Part shown: piece by piece, positions 38,591-49,215 of the stretch
Position numbering within the stretch: position 1 is the first letter of the stretch
Layout of the letters: every line of letters begins with the position of its first letter
Assembly: GCA_051252375.1 (NCBI GenBank)
Contig: JBPOFY010000002.1
Coordinates: 224,001-288,000 of the forward strand
Length of the DNA: 64,000 nt
Source of the DNA: Opitutaceae bacterium
GTDB lineage: Bacteria; Verrucomicrobiota; Verrucomicrobiia; Opitutales; Coraliomargaritaceae
Direction: 5' to 3'
Notes under the pieces: model-generated
Database searches by the model: none
Seen by the model: the letters and a program-made list of their open reading frames with translations, nothing else
Told to the model about the DNA's origin: nothing
Position numbers and translations under genes: made by a program

Positions 38591-39682
38591 ATGCCAGCAA
38601 TCGACAAATATCTGAAAGAACTCCTCTCGAAGCATGGCTCAGACCTACATCTTTCCGTCGGCACGCCTCCTCGCATACGCGCTGCTGGGTCGATTCAAAA
38701 CCTTGATGATAAGCCACTAACAGCAGAGCAAATGGAGTCCCTGCTAAAAGAATTATGCGGCGAGGAACGCTGGCTCCAATTTCTAAAAAACACAGATCTC
38801 GATCTTGCCCATGAACTTGAAACCGGAGACCGGTTTAGAGCAAATTTCTTAATCAATCACTGGGGCTACGCCGCCGTGCTGCGCCATATACCCGCAAAAA
38901 TCGTTTCGTTCGAAGCACTCAACCTGCCTGAAATCCTGAAGACATTTTGCTTTGCTAAAGAAGGCATGGTCTTTGTAACCGGTCCCACTGGTAGCGGTAA
39001 ATCGACCACATTGGCGGCGATGATTGATTTAATAAACGAGAACAAACAAAAGCATATCATCACCATTGAGGACCCCATTGAGTTCGTCCATAAGAACAAA
39101 AAAAGCGTGATCGTGCACCGAGAAGCTGGCGAACATAGCACTACCTTTGCGACTGCACTCAGAGGTGCCATGCGAGCCGACCCCGACATCATTTTGATCG
39201 GGGAAATGCGCGACCTTGAAACCATACGCTTAGCACTGAATTGCGCCTCTATGGGCATGCTCGTCTTTGGCACCCTACATACAAATAATGCACCGATGAC
39301 AATTGATCGGGTGATCGACGCCTTCCCCTCCGACGAACAAAACCAAATTCGCACAATGCTGGGTGCTTGCTTAAATGGTGTCGTCTCTCAACTGCTTTGT
39401 AAAAAAATAGGCGGCGGTCGGATAGCGGGGCATGAAATATTGCTCAAACATGACGCACTGCCGACTTGTATACGCAGTGGCAAAATTAGCCGAATACGCC
39501 AAATTATTGAAAGTAGCATGTCAGATGGTATGGTAACCATGGATGCCTCGCTGGAAAAATTATACAAAGCGAATAAAATCACCGCAGAGGAGGCTTACCT
39601 AAAAGCGTCCAATAAAAGCCTCTTTGAAAAACACATAGCTGCTGAAGATGAGATCGGTGTTTACCCTGAAAGCTACCAGTAA
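38591..39682 (+). CDS. pilT: Type IV pilus retraction ATPase
   Basis: SDLHLS, GPTGSGKSTT, TIEDPIE, GEMRD, GTLHT. Confidence 0.9.
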   Translation: MPAIDKYLKELLSKHGSDLHLSVGTPPRIRAAGSIQNLDDKPLTAEQMESLLKELCGEERWLQFLKNTDLDLAHELETGDRFRANFLINHWGYAAVLRHIPAKIVSFEALNLPEILKTFCFAKEGMVFVTGPTGSGKSTTLAAMIDLINENKQKHIITIEDPIEFVHKNKKSVIVHREAGEHSTTFATALRGAMRADPDIILIGEMRDLETIRLALNCASMGMLVFGTLHTNNAPMTIDRVIDAFPSDEQNQIRTMLGACLNGVVSQLLCKKIGGGRIAGHEILLKHDALPTCIRSGKISRIRQIIESSMSDGMVTMDASLEKLYKANKITAEEAYLKASNKSLFEKHIAAEDEIGVYPESYQ

Positions 39683-39759
39683 AATATGCCCGACGGTATA
39701 CATCCTGCGAGCATCTGATTCAGGTCTTCCTGACGCGGTGCCTCGACACAAAGTCTGAG

Positions 39760-40635
39760 CTACAAAGCATCCATCACATCGGCGATTTGCTTCAAATCGA
39801 TCGGCTTGGATATATACTGCTTCATCCCAATTTTCTTACAACGACTCTCAATGCCGGAAGTAGTATCGGCTGTAACAGCAATGATCGGAGTGAAAGCATT
39901 GAGCGGGCAACTCGTCACAATCTGGCGAGTCGCATCAAAGCCATCCATCAGCGGCATGTTTAAATCCATAAAGATAACATCAAACTGCCTCTGCTTACAA
40001 ATTTCTACACCAGCCTTCCCCGTCTCCGCTACATGTGCAACGGCACCTAAACGCTCAATAATCCTGCTCATCACAATTCGATTCGTCTCATCGTCTTCAA
40101 CGACCAACGCATGAATATGCTCAGTAGATTTCGAAACGTGCTCGTCAGATAATGTGAGTTCTTGCGCAGGTGGATCCTTCGCTCGAATTGCCTCCAGATG
40201 GCTATGCCAAAATGGCGCCAATAAAGATCCGACAAAGCTGCATAACCGTAGCACTTCAGGAGCATGCTCATCTTCAGAATCGTCTGGCAATGAAAGCGCT
40301 ATACTAGCCACCCAACGCCCCTGAAAAATCAATGGCTCAATCAATGCTTTCTGATTTGGCTGATCGTAGAAAAACGACTGATTAAAATTCGCCGTGCCGC
40401 CAACTTTTCCCGGCAAGGCTTGGGACCCATCCGGTCTCCATTCATACACTACCCCACATTTTGTATATCCGTGGTGGTAAGATACGATATAAGCGACTTT
40501 AGCATCTAGAGAATGACCTAAAGAGGCTAAAACCTGTTGGATTTTTTGGATCGGATCAACCGCATCAACCTCTGCAGCTAATATCTGCTGAACTCGCGCA
40601 ACACATTCGATCGTCCTAAAGTGTAAATGATTCAT
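39760..40635 (-). CDS. Response regulator (GAF-like N-terminal domain plus receiver)
   Basis: LVVEDD, FMDLNMPLMDG, IIAVTA, ISKP; start MNHLHF avoids overlap with glgB. Confidence 0.8.
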   Translation of the reverse strand: MNHLHFRTIECVARVQQILAAEVDAVDPIQKIQQVLASLGHSLDAKVAYIVSYHHGYTKCGVVYEWRPDGSQALPGKVGGTANFNQSFFYDQPNQKALIEPLIFQGRWVASIALSLPDDSEDEHAPEVLRLCSFVGSLLAPFWHSHLEAIRAKDPPAQELTLSDEHVSKSTEHIHALVVEDDETNRIVMSRIIERLGAVAHVAETGKAGVEICKQRQFDVIFMDLNMPLMDGFDATRQIVTSCPLNAFTPIIAVTADTTSGIESRCKKIGMKQYISKPIDLKQIADVMDAL

Positions 40636-40646
40636 ATGATAACGTG

Positions 40647-42857
40647 CTATCCCTGAAATCGGAAAACACTCATCGATTGTGGCGGCAGGTCTAGCTTGAT
40701 CGAATACGGACGTCCGTCCCACTCAACTTCGTCGGCAGTAACACCGCCGTTGTTGCCATAGCCGAGGCCTCCATAATCTTTGGCGTCAGTGTTAAGGATT
40801 TCTTTCCAGAAACCCGGGAATGGCACGCCGACACGGAACCCTTCACGATGAACTGGAGTGAAGTTACCGACGCAGGCGAGTGTATCTGTTTGATCAGTGC
40901 CCTTACGCAAGAACGAGAGCACACTGTTTTGAGCATCGGTGCAGTTGATCCATTCAAAGGCTTCGTGATTATTATCACCCGCAGCAAAACCCGGAATCTC
41001 TTGATAAATGCGATTCAAATCGCGAACCACGCGCTGAATGCCTTCGTGGTCAGCGTATTGCAGGAGATGCCAGTCGAGGCTGCCGTTGTATTTCCATTCT
41101 GCGGATTGCCCAAAATCGCAACCCATGAAGAGTGTCTTCTTACCGGGCCACATCCACATGAGACCGTAAAGTAGGCGTAGCTGGTGTGCCTTATTGGAAA
41201 TCGGCTCTCCAGGCATTTTCATCAACATGGATTGCTTACCATGAACCACTTCGTCGTGGGAGAAAACTTGGGTAAAGTTCTCGGAATACTGATACAGCAT
41301 ACCGAAAGAGAGTTGGTGATGCTCGTATTGACGATAAATCGGGTCTTTCTCGAAGTATTCGAGTGTATCGTGCATCCAGCCCATGTTCCACTTCATGTCG
41401 AAACCGAGACCACCTTCGGAGGTCGGCTTGCTGACACCAGGAAACGCAGTCGACTCCTCGGCAATCATCAGCGTGCCGGGGTAGTATTTATGAACGAGAT
41501 CATTCGTCTGACGCAGGAACTCAATCGCTTCGAGGTTTTCACGACCACCGTATTGATTGGGGATCCATTGCCCTTCTTCACGCGAATAATCGAGGTATAG
41601 CATCGAGGCCACCGCATCCACACGCAGACCATCAATGTGGTAGCGCTCGCACCATGCTAATGCACTGGCAATGAGGAACCCACGCACTTCGTTACGACCA
41701 TAATTAAAGATCAATGTGCCCCAGTCTTGGTGAAATCCCTGACGTGGGTCGGCATGCTCGTAGAGCGCAGTGCCATCAAACTGAGCGAGTGCAAAACTGT
41801 CTGTCGGGAAGTGCGCAGGCACCCAGTCCATGATCACTCCGATACCACTTTGGTGGAGTGCATCGACGAGGAACATGAAGTCTTCAGGCGTGCCGAACCG
41901 AAAAGTCGGCGCAAAAAATCCAGTCACTTGATAGCCCCATGAGCCATCAAAGGGGTGCTCCGAGAGCGGCAAAAATTCAACGTGAGTATAGCTCATCCGC
42001 TTGAGGTAGTCCACCAACTCGACAGCCATCTCGCGATAACTCAGCGGGCGATTCGCGTCCTCCACCACAGACTTCCAGGAACCAGCATGCATTTCGTAGA
42101 CCGAAATCGCCTCATTATTCCAGTTGGTTTTCGCGCGCTTTTTCAACCATTTGGCGTCTTTCCACTTATATTCGTCTACTTTACAGACAATCGATGAATT
42201 ATAAGGGGGTGCTTCGAAGCGCGTGCCATAGGGATCGGTCTTCAAATTGGGGTAACCGTGGCGGGTGCCGACTTCATATTTGTATTTTACTCCCGATTCG
42301 AGCCCAGGAATGAATAGCTCCCACACGCCGGACGCTCCGAGACTACGCATCGGATGATAGCGACCATCCCAATGATTGAAGTCACCGACGACCGAAACAC
42401 GCTCTGCATTGGGTGCCCAAACTGCGAAGGACACACCCTTGACGCCATCAATCTCGCGAAGGTGAGCGCCCATTTTGTTATGCACCTGATGATCCGTGCC
42501 TTCACTGAATAGATACACATCGTCATCCGAAAGTGTCGGCAAAAAGCTGTATGGGTCGTAAAACTGGCGGATTTCGCCGTTGTAGCGCTCAATTCGCAGG
42601 CGATACGCGAAGACATCCTTGCGACCCTTGATCACACCCTCGAAGAAGCCCTCGTCACTCAGTCGCTCCAAGGGATAACGCGCGCCCTGCGGGTCGTTTA
42701 AGTCAACCACTTCGCAGCTAACGGCATCATCGACGAATGCACGCACCACTAACCCGTTGGTCTTGCCCTTTTTATGGGGGTGCATCCCGAGAATGCCATG
42801 TGGTTGGCCGCACTTAACTTTAGTGACGGATTCGAAGTCGGTTTTTGATAAAATCAC
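40647..42857 (-). CDS. glgB: 1,4-alpha-glucan branching enzyme
   Basis: FAVWAPNA, SWGYQ, DWVPAHFP, DGLRVDAVASM, IAEEST, SHDEVVHGK. Confidence 0.97.
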   Translation of the reverse strand: MILSKTDFESVTKVKCGQPHGILGMHPHKKGKTNGLVVRAFVDDAVSCEVVDLNDPQGARYPLERLSDEGFFEGVIKGRKDVFAYRLRIERYNGEIRQFYDPYSFLPTLSDDDVYLFSEGTDHQVHNKMGAHLREIDGVKGVSFAVWAPNAERVSVVGDFNHWDGRYHPMRSLGASGVWELFIPGLESGVKYKYEVGTRHGYPNLKTDPYGTRFEAPPYNSSIVCKVDEYKWKDAKWLKKRAKTNWNNEAISVYEMHAGSWKSVVEDANRPLSYREMAVELVDYLKRMSYTHVEFLPLSEHPFDGSWGYQVTGFFAPTFRFGTPEDFMFLVDALHQSGIGVIMDWVPAHFPTDSFALAQFDGTALYEHADPRQGFHQDWGTLIFNYGRNEVRGFLIASALAWCERYHIDGLRVDAVASMLYLDYSREEGQWIPNQYGGRENLEAIEFLRQTNDLVHKYYPGTLMIAEESTAFPGVSKPTSEGGLGFDMKWNMGWMHDTLEYFEKDPIYRQYEHHQLSFGMLYQYSENFTQVFSHDEVVHGKQSMLMKMPGEPISNKAHQLRLLYGLMWMWPGKKTLFMGCDFGQSAEWKYNGSLDWHLLQYADHEGIQRVVRDLNRIYQEIPGFAAGDNNHEAFEWINCTDAQNSVLSFLRKGTDQTDTLACVGNFTPVHREGFRVGVPFPGFWKEILNTDAKDYGGLGYGNNGGVTADEVEWDGRPYSIKLDLPPQSMSVFRFQG

Positions 42858-42986
42858 CCAACCACCAAAATTGAATCAAGTGATTCTGGCAAGTGCGGAA
42901 GCGAGTGAAAAAACAACCGACACCAATGATGCCCAAAACGTGAAAAAGACTTGTCCACCTAATGCGTGGTGCCATAGTCCCGATCC

Positions 42987-45122
42987 GTGCCAAGAACTGC
43001 CCGGATTTTCTATTTCTCATTATTTGTGACGCTAGCGTCTCAACTATTTGCTGCCCTCCCAGAACTCAGCTCGATCGAGCCTTTGGAATTTGATGAAGGG
43101 GCGCAGCGCTTAGTCGCGAGGGGCGACGCTCGACTAGAGTTTGATCAAACACGTGTGCGAGCCGATCGCATCACCTACTATCAAGAGTATGGCTTGGCAG
43201 ATGCAGTGGGTAACGTCGCTGTAACCCGCGAAGGTGGCCGCCTCATTGCGGATCGTCTGTCCTACGACACCCAAAAGTCGACCTTTTCGGTCAACGTCCT
43301 CCGCACTGGTCAATGGCCATACTATATATCTGGCGTCAACGCTGGTGGCTCGACCGATGAAATGGAAATTGAAGGCGCCACCGTTTACTACGGCAACCCC
43401 AGTCCCTTCGGCTTGAATGTCAGTTCAGACAAAGTTGAATATATTTCCGGTGAAAATAATCAGGTTAAAATGCACGGCGCGACATTCCGTATCGGCGATT
43501 TCCCATTTTTCTATTTCCCCCACTACACTTACGACGTCGACACCTCCCCATACTATTTGGATATCAATGGGGGATCGGATAATCAGTTGGGTGCCTATCT
43601 GCAAACGACGACTCTGTTCCCCGTGAACTCTTGGCTCAGAGTCGGCGCCAATCTCGACGTCTATTCAAAACGCGGCGTTCTCGCCGGACCGACAGCACAA
43701 TACGTCTACGATTCATCCTCACAACGAATTGTAGGCGCCCTCAGCACCGGAATGATTAACGATAACGGCAACACCGCTCTCGATATCCTAAATCGGTCGG
43801 TCGACGAAGATCGAGCATTCGCAGAATGGCGCCACAAGCACTATATTGGCGAACGTTTCACCGCGACAGCACGAGTCTCCTACTGGTCAGACTCAGAGGT
43901 CACTCGCGATTTCCGCGAAGACTATTTCAACGACAACCAAAACCCAGACTCGTTCGCCGAGGGCGTGTATGCTGGCGACAACTACCTCGTCTCAGCTTTT
44001 GGCCGCTTTCGCCCAAATGATTTCCAAATGATTCAAGAGCGACTCCCCGAAGTGCGCTTCGACTTGCTCCCAATCCCAGTCTTCAACACCGGTGCCTATC
44101 ACCGAGCCTCCCTCAGCTATGCTCGCATGAGCGAAGACCTCAGCGACAACGTGCCAGGCACTGTCGATGAGACCGAAGCAGACCGTTTCGACCTCACCTA
44201 CCGAATCGAGCGACCCATTCTCGTCAAGGATTGGTTGACCTTTACTCCATTGGCAGGTGCACGACTCACGCAGTATGACAACCAATCCATCGACGCCAGC
44301 TTCCCCGCCTTTGCCACATTGGATGATTCCTTCACCCGTGAAATATACGAAGTCGGCTTCGACCTAGAGGCCCGCGCCTACGCCAGCTACCCCACTTATA
44401 ACAAAACATGGGGAATTGACGGTCTCCGCCATCTGGTGCGCCCAGTCATACGCTACCGCTACTTCTCCGACCCCGAGAGCCTCAACGAAATCGCGGCAGT
44501 CGACCGCGAGGCCTTCAACCTAGATCGCCCAGTGTTGGACCTTAGCGATATACGCAATGTGGATTCCATCGCCGAAACCCACCTCGTTCGCCTAGGTGTC
44601 GAAAACCTCTACCAAACCCGTGCCGAAGGTTACGGCTCGCGCACACTAGCGGCACTGAACTTCTATCAAGATGTCCTGTTCGAAAAAACCACCCGTTACG
44701 ACGGCGGCCAAGAAGACACCTTCAACGCCACATGGGTCGAGCTCATCATCAACCCTGCCCCATGGCTCAAATTTGATCTAGCCAGCCGCTTCCATACCGA
44801 AGAACTCACCCTCGAAGAGCTACGCACGCGCACAGTCATCACCAGCGGTGAAATCTGGGAACTCGGGATCTCCACCGATCTATTGAATAAGCAAATCGAT
44901 CAATACCAGCTCGATTTCGTATATCGCCTAAACGAACGCTACGCCTTCCTAACTGACACCCGCTACGATGCCGACACCGGCGACTTCACCCATATCTCTC
45001 TCGGGCTACGCACACGGATCGGCAGCACATGGGAAATCCTCTACGCATTGACCTTCCGCGAAGACGCACGCCGCGAAAGCGATGTCGAATTCAACATCCG
45101 CGTAAAACTCGCACAACCTTAG
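42987..45122 (+). CDS. lptD: LPS-assembly outer membrane protein LptD-like
   Basis: N-terminal beta-jellyroll (VRADRITY), PFFYFP, ERLPE, beta-barrel C-terminus. Confidence 0.75.
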   Translation: MPRTARIFYFSLFVTLASQLFAALPELSSIEPLEFDEGAQRLVARGDARLEFDQTRVRADRITYYQEYGLADAVGNVAVTREGGRLIADRLSYDTQKSTFSVNVLRTGQWPYYISGVNAGGSTDEMEIEGATVYYGNPSPFGLNVSSDKVEYISGENNQVKMHGATFRIGDFPFFYFPHYTYDVDTSPYYLDINGGSDNQLGAYLQTTTLFPVNSWLRVGANLDVYSKRGVLAGPTAQYVYDSSSQRIVGALSTGMINDNGNTALDILNRSVDEDRAFAEWRHKHYIGERFTATARVSYWSDSEVTRDFREDYFNDNQNPDSFAEGVYAGDNYLVSAFGRFRPNDFQMIQERLPEVRFDLLPIPVFNTGAYHRASLSYARMSEDLSDNVPGTVDETEADRFDLTYRIERPILVKDWLTFTPLAGARLTQYDNQSIDASFPAFATLDDSFTREIYEVGFDLEARAYASYPTYNKTWGIDGLRHLVRPVIRYRYFSDPESLNEIAAVDREAFNLDRPVLDLSDIRNVDSIAETHLVRLGVENLYQTRAEGYGSRTLAALNFYQDVLFEKTTRYDGGQEDTFNATWVELIINPAPWLKFDLASRFHTEELTLEELRTRTVITSGEIWELGISTDLLNKQIDQYQLDFVYRLNERYAFLTDTRYDADTGDFTHISLGLRTRIGSTWEILYALTFREDARRESDVEFNIRVKLAQP

Positions 45123-45126
45123 CCGT

Positions 45127-45873
45127 ATGGAAGAAGCCCTCATCCCCAATAACGACTATGCGATTCGCCTTCCCGCATTTGAAGGCCCACTCGACCTACT
45201 GCTTTACCTGATCCGTCGCAGCGAAGTCGACATCTACGACATCCCCATCGAGCATGTCACCCAGCAGTATATCGAGATCCTCGGCTCGATGGATAAACTC
45301 GATCTGGAAATTGCCGGTGAATTTTTCGTCATGGCGGCGACCTTGATGTATATCAAAAGCCGCATGCTCCTCCCCAAGAAGGATCAAGGCACCAATGAAG
45401 ACGTCGAAGACCCCGATGTCGACCCACGCTGGGAACTCGTGCAACAACTCCTAGAATACCGTAAATTCAAAGAGGCCGCCGAGGACATTCAAAAACTGAT
45501 CCTCAACAGCAACGACCTAATCGCCCGGATCGGCCCCAAAGAAGCCCTTGAAGCCGTCGAGCGCCCACTCAAACCTGTCGACCGCGTCGAGCTCTGGAAC
45601 ACCTTTAACCAAGTCCTCCGCCGCTTAGCCGAGCGCCTACAGGAAGGTGAAATCAATGCCGAGCAAGTCACGGTCTCTGATCGTATGGAATACGTGCTCC
45701 TACGCTTGAAGCACGAACCCAACTTCCACTTTTCGGATCTTTTTGAATCCACCACCACCATCACCACCATTGTGGCAACTTTCCTCGCAGTTCTCGAACT
45801 CACACGTTTAAATAAAATCCTAATCAAACAAGACCGCGCCTTTGCCGACATACTTTGCGAACGCGGTGAATAA
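45127..45873 (+). CDS. scpA: Segregation/condensation protein A
   Basis: FEGPLDLLLYLIR, YIKSRMLLP, DPRWELVQQLLEY, TFLAVLEL. Confidence 0.95.
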   Translation: MEEALIPNNDYAIRLPAFEGPLDLLLYLIRRSEVDIYDIPIEHVTQQYIEILGSMDKLDLEIAGEFFVMAATLMYIKSRMLLPKKDQGTNEDVEDPDVDPRWELVQQLLEYRKFKEAAEDIQKLILNSNDLIARIGPKEALEAVERPLKPVDRVELWNTFNQVLRRLAERLQEGEINAEQVTVSDRMEYVLLRLKHEPNFHFSDLFESTTTITTIVATFLAVLELTRLNKILIKQDRAFADILCERGE

Positions 45874-45880
45874 AGTGACC

Positions 45881-46123
45881 ATGGACAAACGATCACAGCA
45901 ACCTGCACACCTGGTCGGCATTGGAATCGACAACAGCGATGGACATAAGCGCATCACTCAATCCGAGCGCTTCTCCCTTGTCGGCGGCTCCGACCAAACA
46001 CACTCTCGGATGACTGAAACCGTCATCAAAACCTTCGAAAAGCTCGATCAACGCGGTAAAACACTCGATACCGTCGAAAAATCCGAGCTCTCCGATATTA
46101 TCAAAGAAAGCACCCCGAATTAA
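45881..46123 (+). CDS. Hypothetical protein (80 aa)
   Basis: ATG 7 nt after the scpA stop; GIGIDNSDGHKRIT...LVGGS..TH..M. Confidence 0.7.
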   Translation: MDKRSQQPAHLVGIGIDNSDGHKRITQSERFSLVGGSDQTHSRMTETVIKTFEKLDQRGKTLDTVEKSELSDIIKESTPN

Positions 46124-46171
46124 CTGCCTCACTTGACAGGCATACATAGACCACTTACACCTATTCACCTC

Positions 46172-46579
46172 ATGAGCGAAAATCCAGAAAGCCCCACCCC
46201 TGAAAACAAACCAGCTCCCGCAGCACCGTCCTCCGAGAGCATGGCCGAAAAGCCAGCACCGGCAGCACCGGCTAGCCCCGCACCGGCAGCACCAAGAGCA
46301 CCCGCGAAGCCAATTAAGCCCGCTGCAGCGACGCCCACCTTCGAAGAACTGGCCGATCCTGCACCAGCTCAGCCAAAGGCTCCGACCCCAGCACCAGCCG
46401 CACCAAAACCGGCCGCTGCACGACCAACTCCAGCAGCTGCCAGAACAACGCCTGCACCAAAAGCAACACAAGACGACAGCGTTAGCGTAGCCGGCGTAGT
46501 TATCGACGCCATTGCCGCCGCAGTTGCCATCGCCTTTGCCGCACTCCTACTTAAGGACGTGCTCCCTTTCCTATCATAA
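46172..46579 (+). CDS. Pro/Ala-rich protein with C-terminal TM anchor
   Basis: Low-complexity PAPAAP tract then a hydrophobic tail; co-oriented within the operon. Confidence 0.7.
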   Translation: MSENPESPTPENKPAPAAPSSESMAEKPAPAAPASPAPAAPRAPAKPIKPAAATPTFEELADPAPAQPKAPTPAPAAPKPAAARPTPAAARTTPAPKATQDDSVSVAGVVIDAIAAAVAIAFAALLLKDVLPFLS

Positions 46580-46599
46580 ATTAGAAATACACACGTATC

Positions 46600-46917
46600 A
46601 TGTCCGATAAGATAACAGAACTCGATAGCAGTAACTTTGAATCCGCCATCAGCGGAGGATCCGCTCCCGTAGTGGTAGACTTCTGGGCACCATGGTGTGG
46701 CCCTTGTAAAGCCATTGCTCCCATCCTCGAAGAACTTGCCGAAGAGCTCGGCGACGCCGTCAAGATCTGCAAGGTCAACGTCGACAACAACAGCGAGATC
46801 GCCGGTAAATACGCCATTCGCGCGATCCCAACGATCCTTATCTTCAAAGGCGGTGCCGTCTCCGAAACAATCGTAGGCCTCACCTCCAAAGACGATCTCA
46901 AGGCAAAGATCTCCTAA
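46600..46917 (+). CDS. trxA: Thioredoxin
   Basis: DFWAPWCGPCK, IPT. Confidence 0.97.
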   Translation: MSDKITELDSSNFESAISGGSAPVVVDFWAPWCGPCKAIAPILEELAEELGDAVKICKVNVDNNSEIAGKYAIRAIPTILIFKGGAVSETIVGLTSKDDLKAKIS

Positions 46918-46938
46918 AGAGATTCAGCAACTATTTCC

Positions 46939-46971
46939 AAAACACCCACTCAACCGAGTGGGTGTTTTTTT
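46939..46971 (+). terminator. Rho-independent terminator after trxA
   Basis: aaaacacccactc-aacc-gagtgggtgtttttt. Confidence 0.85.
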
Positions 46972-46992
46972 GTGATTAGATAAGACATCAAT

Positions 46993-47116
46993 GTGAGACA
47001 GGCATTCCTGTCTGTCATTGTCCGCCCAAAAGAAATGGTAGCGGCGCTTGTCCCTAAGCGCCATACGTCAAAGTTAGGCCGTATCAGATGGCGCTTAGAG
47101 ACAAGCGCCGCTACCA
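46993..47116. repeat. REP-like palindrome plus GTAG-type REP doublet (REPIN)
   Basis: 27-bp copy of 12563-12589; then GTAGCGGCGCTTGTCCCTAAGCGCC ... GGCGCTTAGAGACAAGCGCCGCTAC in inverted orientation. Confidence 0.8.
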
Positions 47117-47579
47117 CAAAACGCTATACCAAAAACAGAGCCCGACTGCTCTTCGCGTTATAATAGCGAAACTTAGCGACAATTCCCCGTCATCCATAAT
47201 TGTTCTGCCATAAATTGCTCTGCTAACATACGAATGAGCAATTCTGTCGATCACATGCCCCTTGAAACAGGGGGTTTCAAAGCCACACCCGATGCGAAAC
47301 TCCCAAGGATATATAATTGGGGTGTATGCTTTAAGTTTTGAAGAGCATTCAACTCATTGCGATTTCACGTTAGACTACTGTGGCCGCAAACCCCTCTCAA
47401 ACCTCCTGTTTCAAGCGATTCTCACCCACTAAATAGAGATTTCTAGCCAAAGCAAATACTCCGAACAAACGACACCTAAAATAGATTGCATCAAGCCTTT
47501 ATGAGCCTTTTCATTCACCCGCTAACCTCGACCTCAAGATGAGCCAAGAGGTATTATAATACTGATCTACAGAAATAGA

Positions 47580-48110
47580 ATGAAAACTCTTACATTCCTG
47601 TTTTTTGCTGCGCTTAGCCTGAGTAGCGCAAACCCGAGATATGAGGCACCTGCATTTGTTTCCGATAGTGGACTGTATGCATTAGCCCTTGTCGTGCCGA
47701 AAGAAAAGAAAACCAAAATTTACAAGATCGAGAACGACACGTTCAAGCTCACCCACACATTCGATTGGATCGCAGAAGAGGTCTACATTCAGGATACATA
47801 CCAAGACGTTTCAGTCGTAAAAGTTACACCTTACTTCGAAAAGAAAAATGAATGGATGGAACACGTCTGTATCGAGTTCTTCTGGAATTTTGAATCGGTT
47901 GCAAAAGTAAAGGTGAAGGATCTACTTCGAAAGGGAGATATGCTCTACAGCAATGATCGGGAGCAGAATTTCATAATTACTAAGACTACAGGTTATCACA
48001 GACATCCAGATCTAGCCTCAACGTTTCAAGTGGAGAGCGGCAATCTAACTTTGATCTTTGAGACATCAACAGGCAGATTATTAACAAGTCAAAATCAACA
48101 GACCAAATGA
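47580..48110 (+). CDS. CALIN cassette a: exported hypothetical protein
   Basis: Signal peptide; bounded by GATCTAC/GTAGATC. Confidence 0.8.
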   Translation: MKTLTFLFFAALSLSSANPRYEAPAFVSDSGLYALALVVPKEKKTKIYKIENDTFKLTHTFDWIAEEVYIQDTYQDVSVVKVTPYFEKKNEWMEHVCIEFFWNFESVAKVKVKDLLRKGDMLYSNDREQNFIITKTTGYHRHPDLASTFQVESGNLTLIFETSTGRLLTSQNQQTK

Positions 48111-48113
48111 AGC

Positions 48114-48184
<71 letters not shown>

Positions 48185-48228
48185 GGAAATAGAATTGAAA
48201 ATCTCTCGAGCTTGGCCATTCTTAGAGC

Positions 48229-48465
48229 ATGCCCATCATTTTCGAGCAAGACGGCTTTAAGTTCTTTTTCTATAGCAATGATCACGAACCCATCCATGTG
48301 CATGTTCGCTACTCTGGCGGCGAAGCCGTTTTCAACGTGAATAATGAAATCGAATTAAGAGAATCTCACGGTCTGAAAGTTAAAGAGCTCTCAAAAGCTC
48401 AATCGCTGGCCGAAGCCAATAAACAACTCATCGTAGAAAAGTGGAATGAACACCTTAGCCAATAA
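48229..48465 (+). CDS. DUF4160 family protein (putative TA toxin)
   Basis: MPIIF..GFKFFFYSNDHEPIHVHV...W.EH. Confidence 0.85.
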   Translation: MPIIFEQDGFKFFFYSNDHEPIHVHVRYSGGEAVFNVNNEIELRESHGLKVKELSKAQSLAEANKQLIVEKWNEHLSQ

Positions 48466-48691
48466 TCAAGTCACAGCCGCTTTCTCTAATGGATACATTA
48501 TGGTTTCCATGCAGACTGGTGTTGAAATTAAGTTTCCAGTAGAGAAGAACCCCCGACTGAGTGGCGGCACACCATCACAGCTGAATCATATTGAGATTTC
48601 CCCCTTCGGGCTCCATTGGCCTGAATTAGATGAAGATTTATCATTTGAAGGCCTCGCCAAGGGAGACTTTGGTCAGTTTTCGAGGGCCTAA
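48446..48691 (+). CDS. DUF2442 family protein (putative antitoxin)
   Basis: PRL..GT..QL...GLHWPELDEDLSFEGL; overlaps the DUF4160 gene. Confidence 0.85.
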   Translation: MNTLANNQVTAAFSNGYIMVSMQTGVEIKFPVEKNPRLSGGTPSQLNHIEISPFGLHWPELDEDLSFEGLAKGDFGQFSRA

Positions 48692-48701
48692 GCCACTCGG
48701 T

Positions 48702-48762
48702 TGAGAACCAATCGGTGGTGACAATGTCGCTAACGCGCCATCGTCACATCTCGACGTTATGC
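48702..48762 (+). mobile_element. attC (CALIN b)
   Basis: TGAGAAC caatc ggtggtgac...gtcacatc tcgac GTTATGC. Confidence 0.85.
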
Positions 48763-48784
48763 CCTCAGCCACTGAAGAAGCGAT

Positions 48785-49054
48785 ATGAATACATCATGGC
48801 TCATCGTTGCAATTGTCCTTACCCAGTGGATTCTGGCAAACATCGTAGGCGTAGTGGCATTCGTCATGGCTTTCTCCCCAATGCAACATAAACGGGTCAC
48901 GGCCGTTTTTGGTGCAGGGGCGGTGCTTTTCGGGATATACCTGGCAGCGTTCACCTTTCGACCGTGGGTCCGCCTAATTCCGCTGGACGCACTGACCTTC
49001 GCCCCAATTGTGGGAGGTGGCATTGCGTTGTGGAGGTTTGGAAGGAACAAATAG
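48785..49054 (+). CDS. CALIN cassette c: small membrane protein
   Basis: 89 aa, about three TM segments, between attC sites. Confidence 0.7.
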   Translation: MNTSWLIVAIVLTQWILANIVGVVAFVMAFSPMQHKRVTAVFGAGAVLFGIYLAAFTFRPWVRLIPLDALTFAPIVGGGIALWRFGRNK

Positions 49055-49066
49055 CCTCTTTCAGTG

Positions 49067-49191
49067 CTATAACAAGGCTTCGAACCCAACACCTGCCCCT
49101 TGGCGAGTCGAAAGTATCATGGCCATTCGAACATCAACTCAGAAGTCGGAGCGCGCCCTCGGTTAGGCGTAGGATGACTTTGACGTTAGAA
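49067..49191 (+). mobile_element. attC (CALIN c; long and degenerate)
   Basis: CTATAAC aagg ... ttgac GTTAGAA; imperfect internal pairing. Confidence 0.6.
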
Positions 49192-49215
49192 AAAAGGAAT
49201 ACAGAAGCAAAAGTC

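Noticed and set aside
45893..46471. Cys/Trp-rich 192-aa minus-strand ORF
   Set aside because: Antisense shadow of the Pro/Ala-rich plus-strand gene
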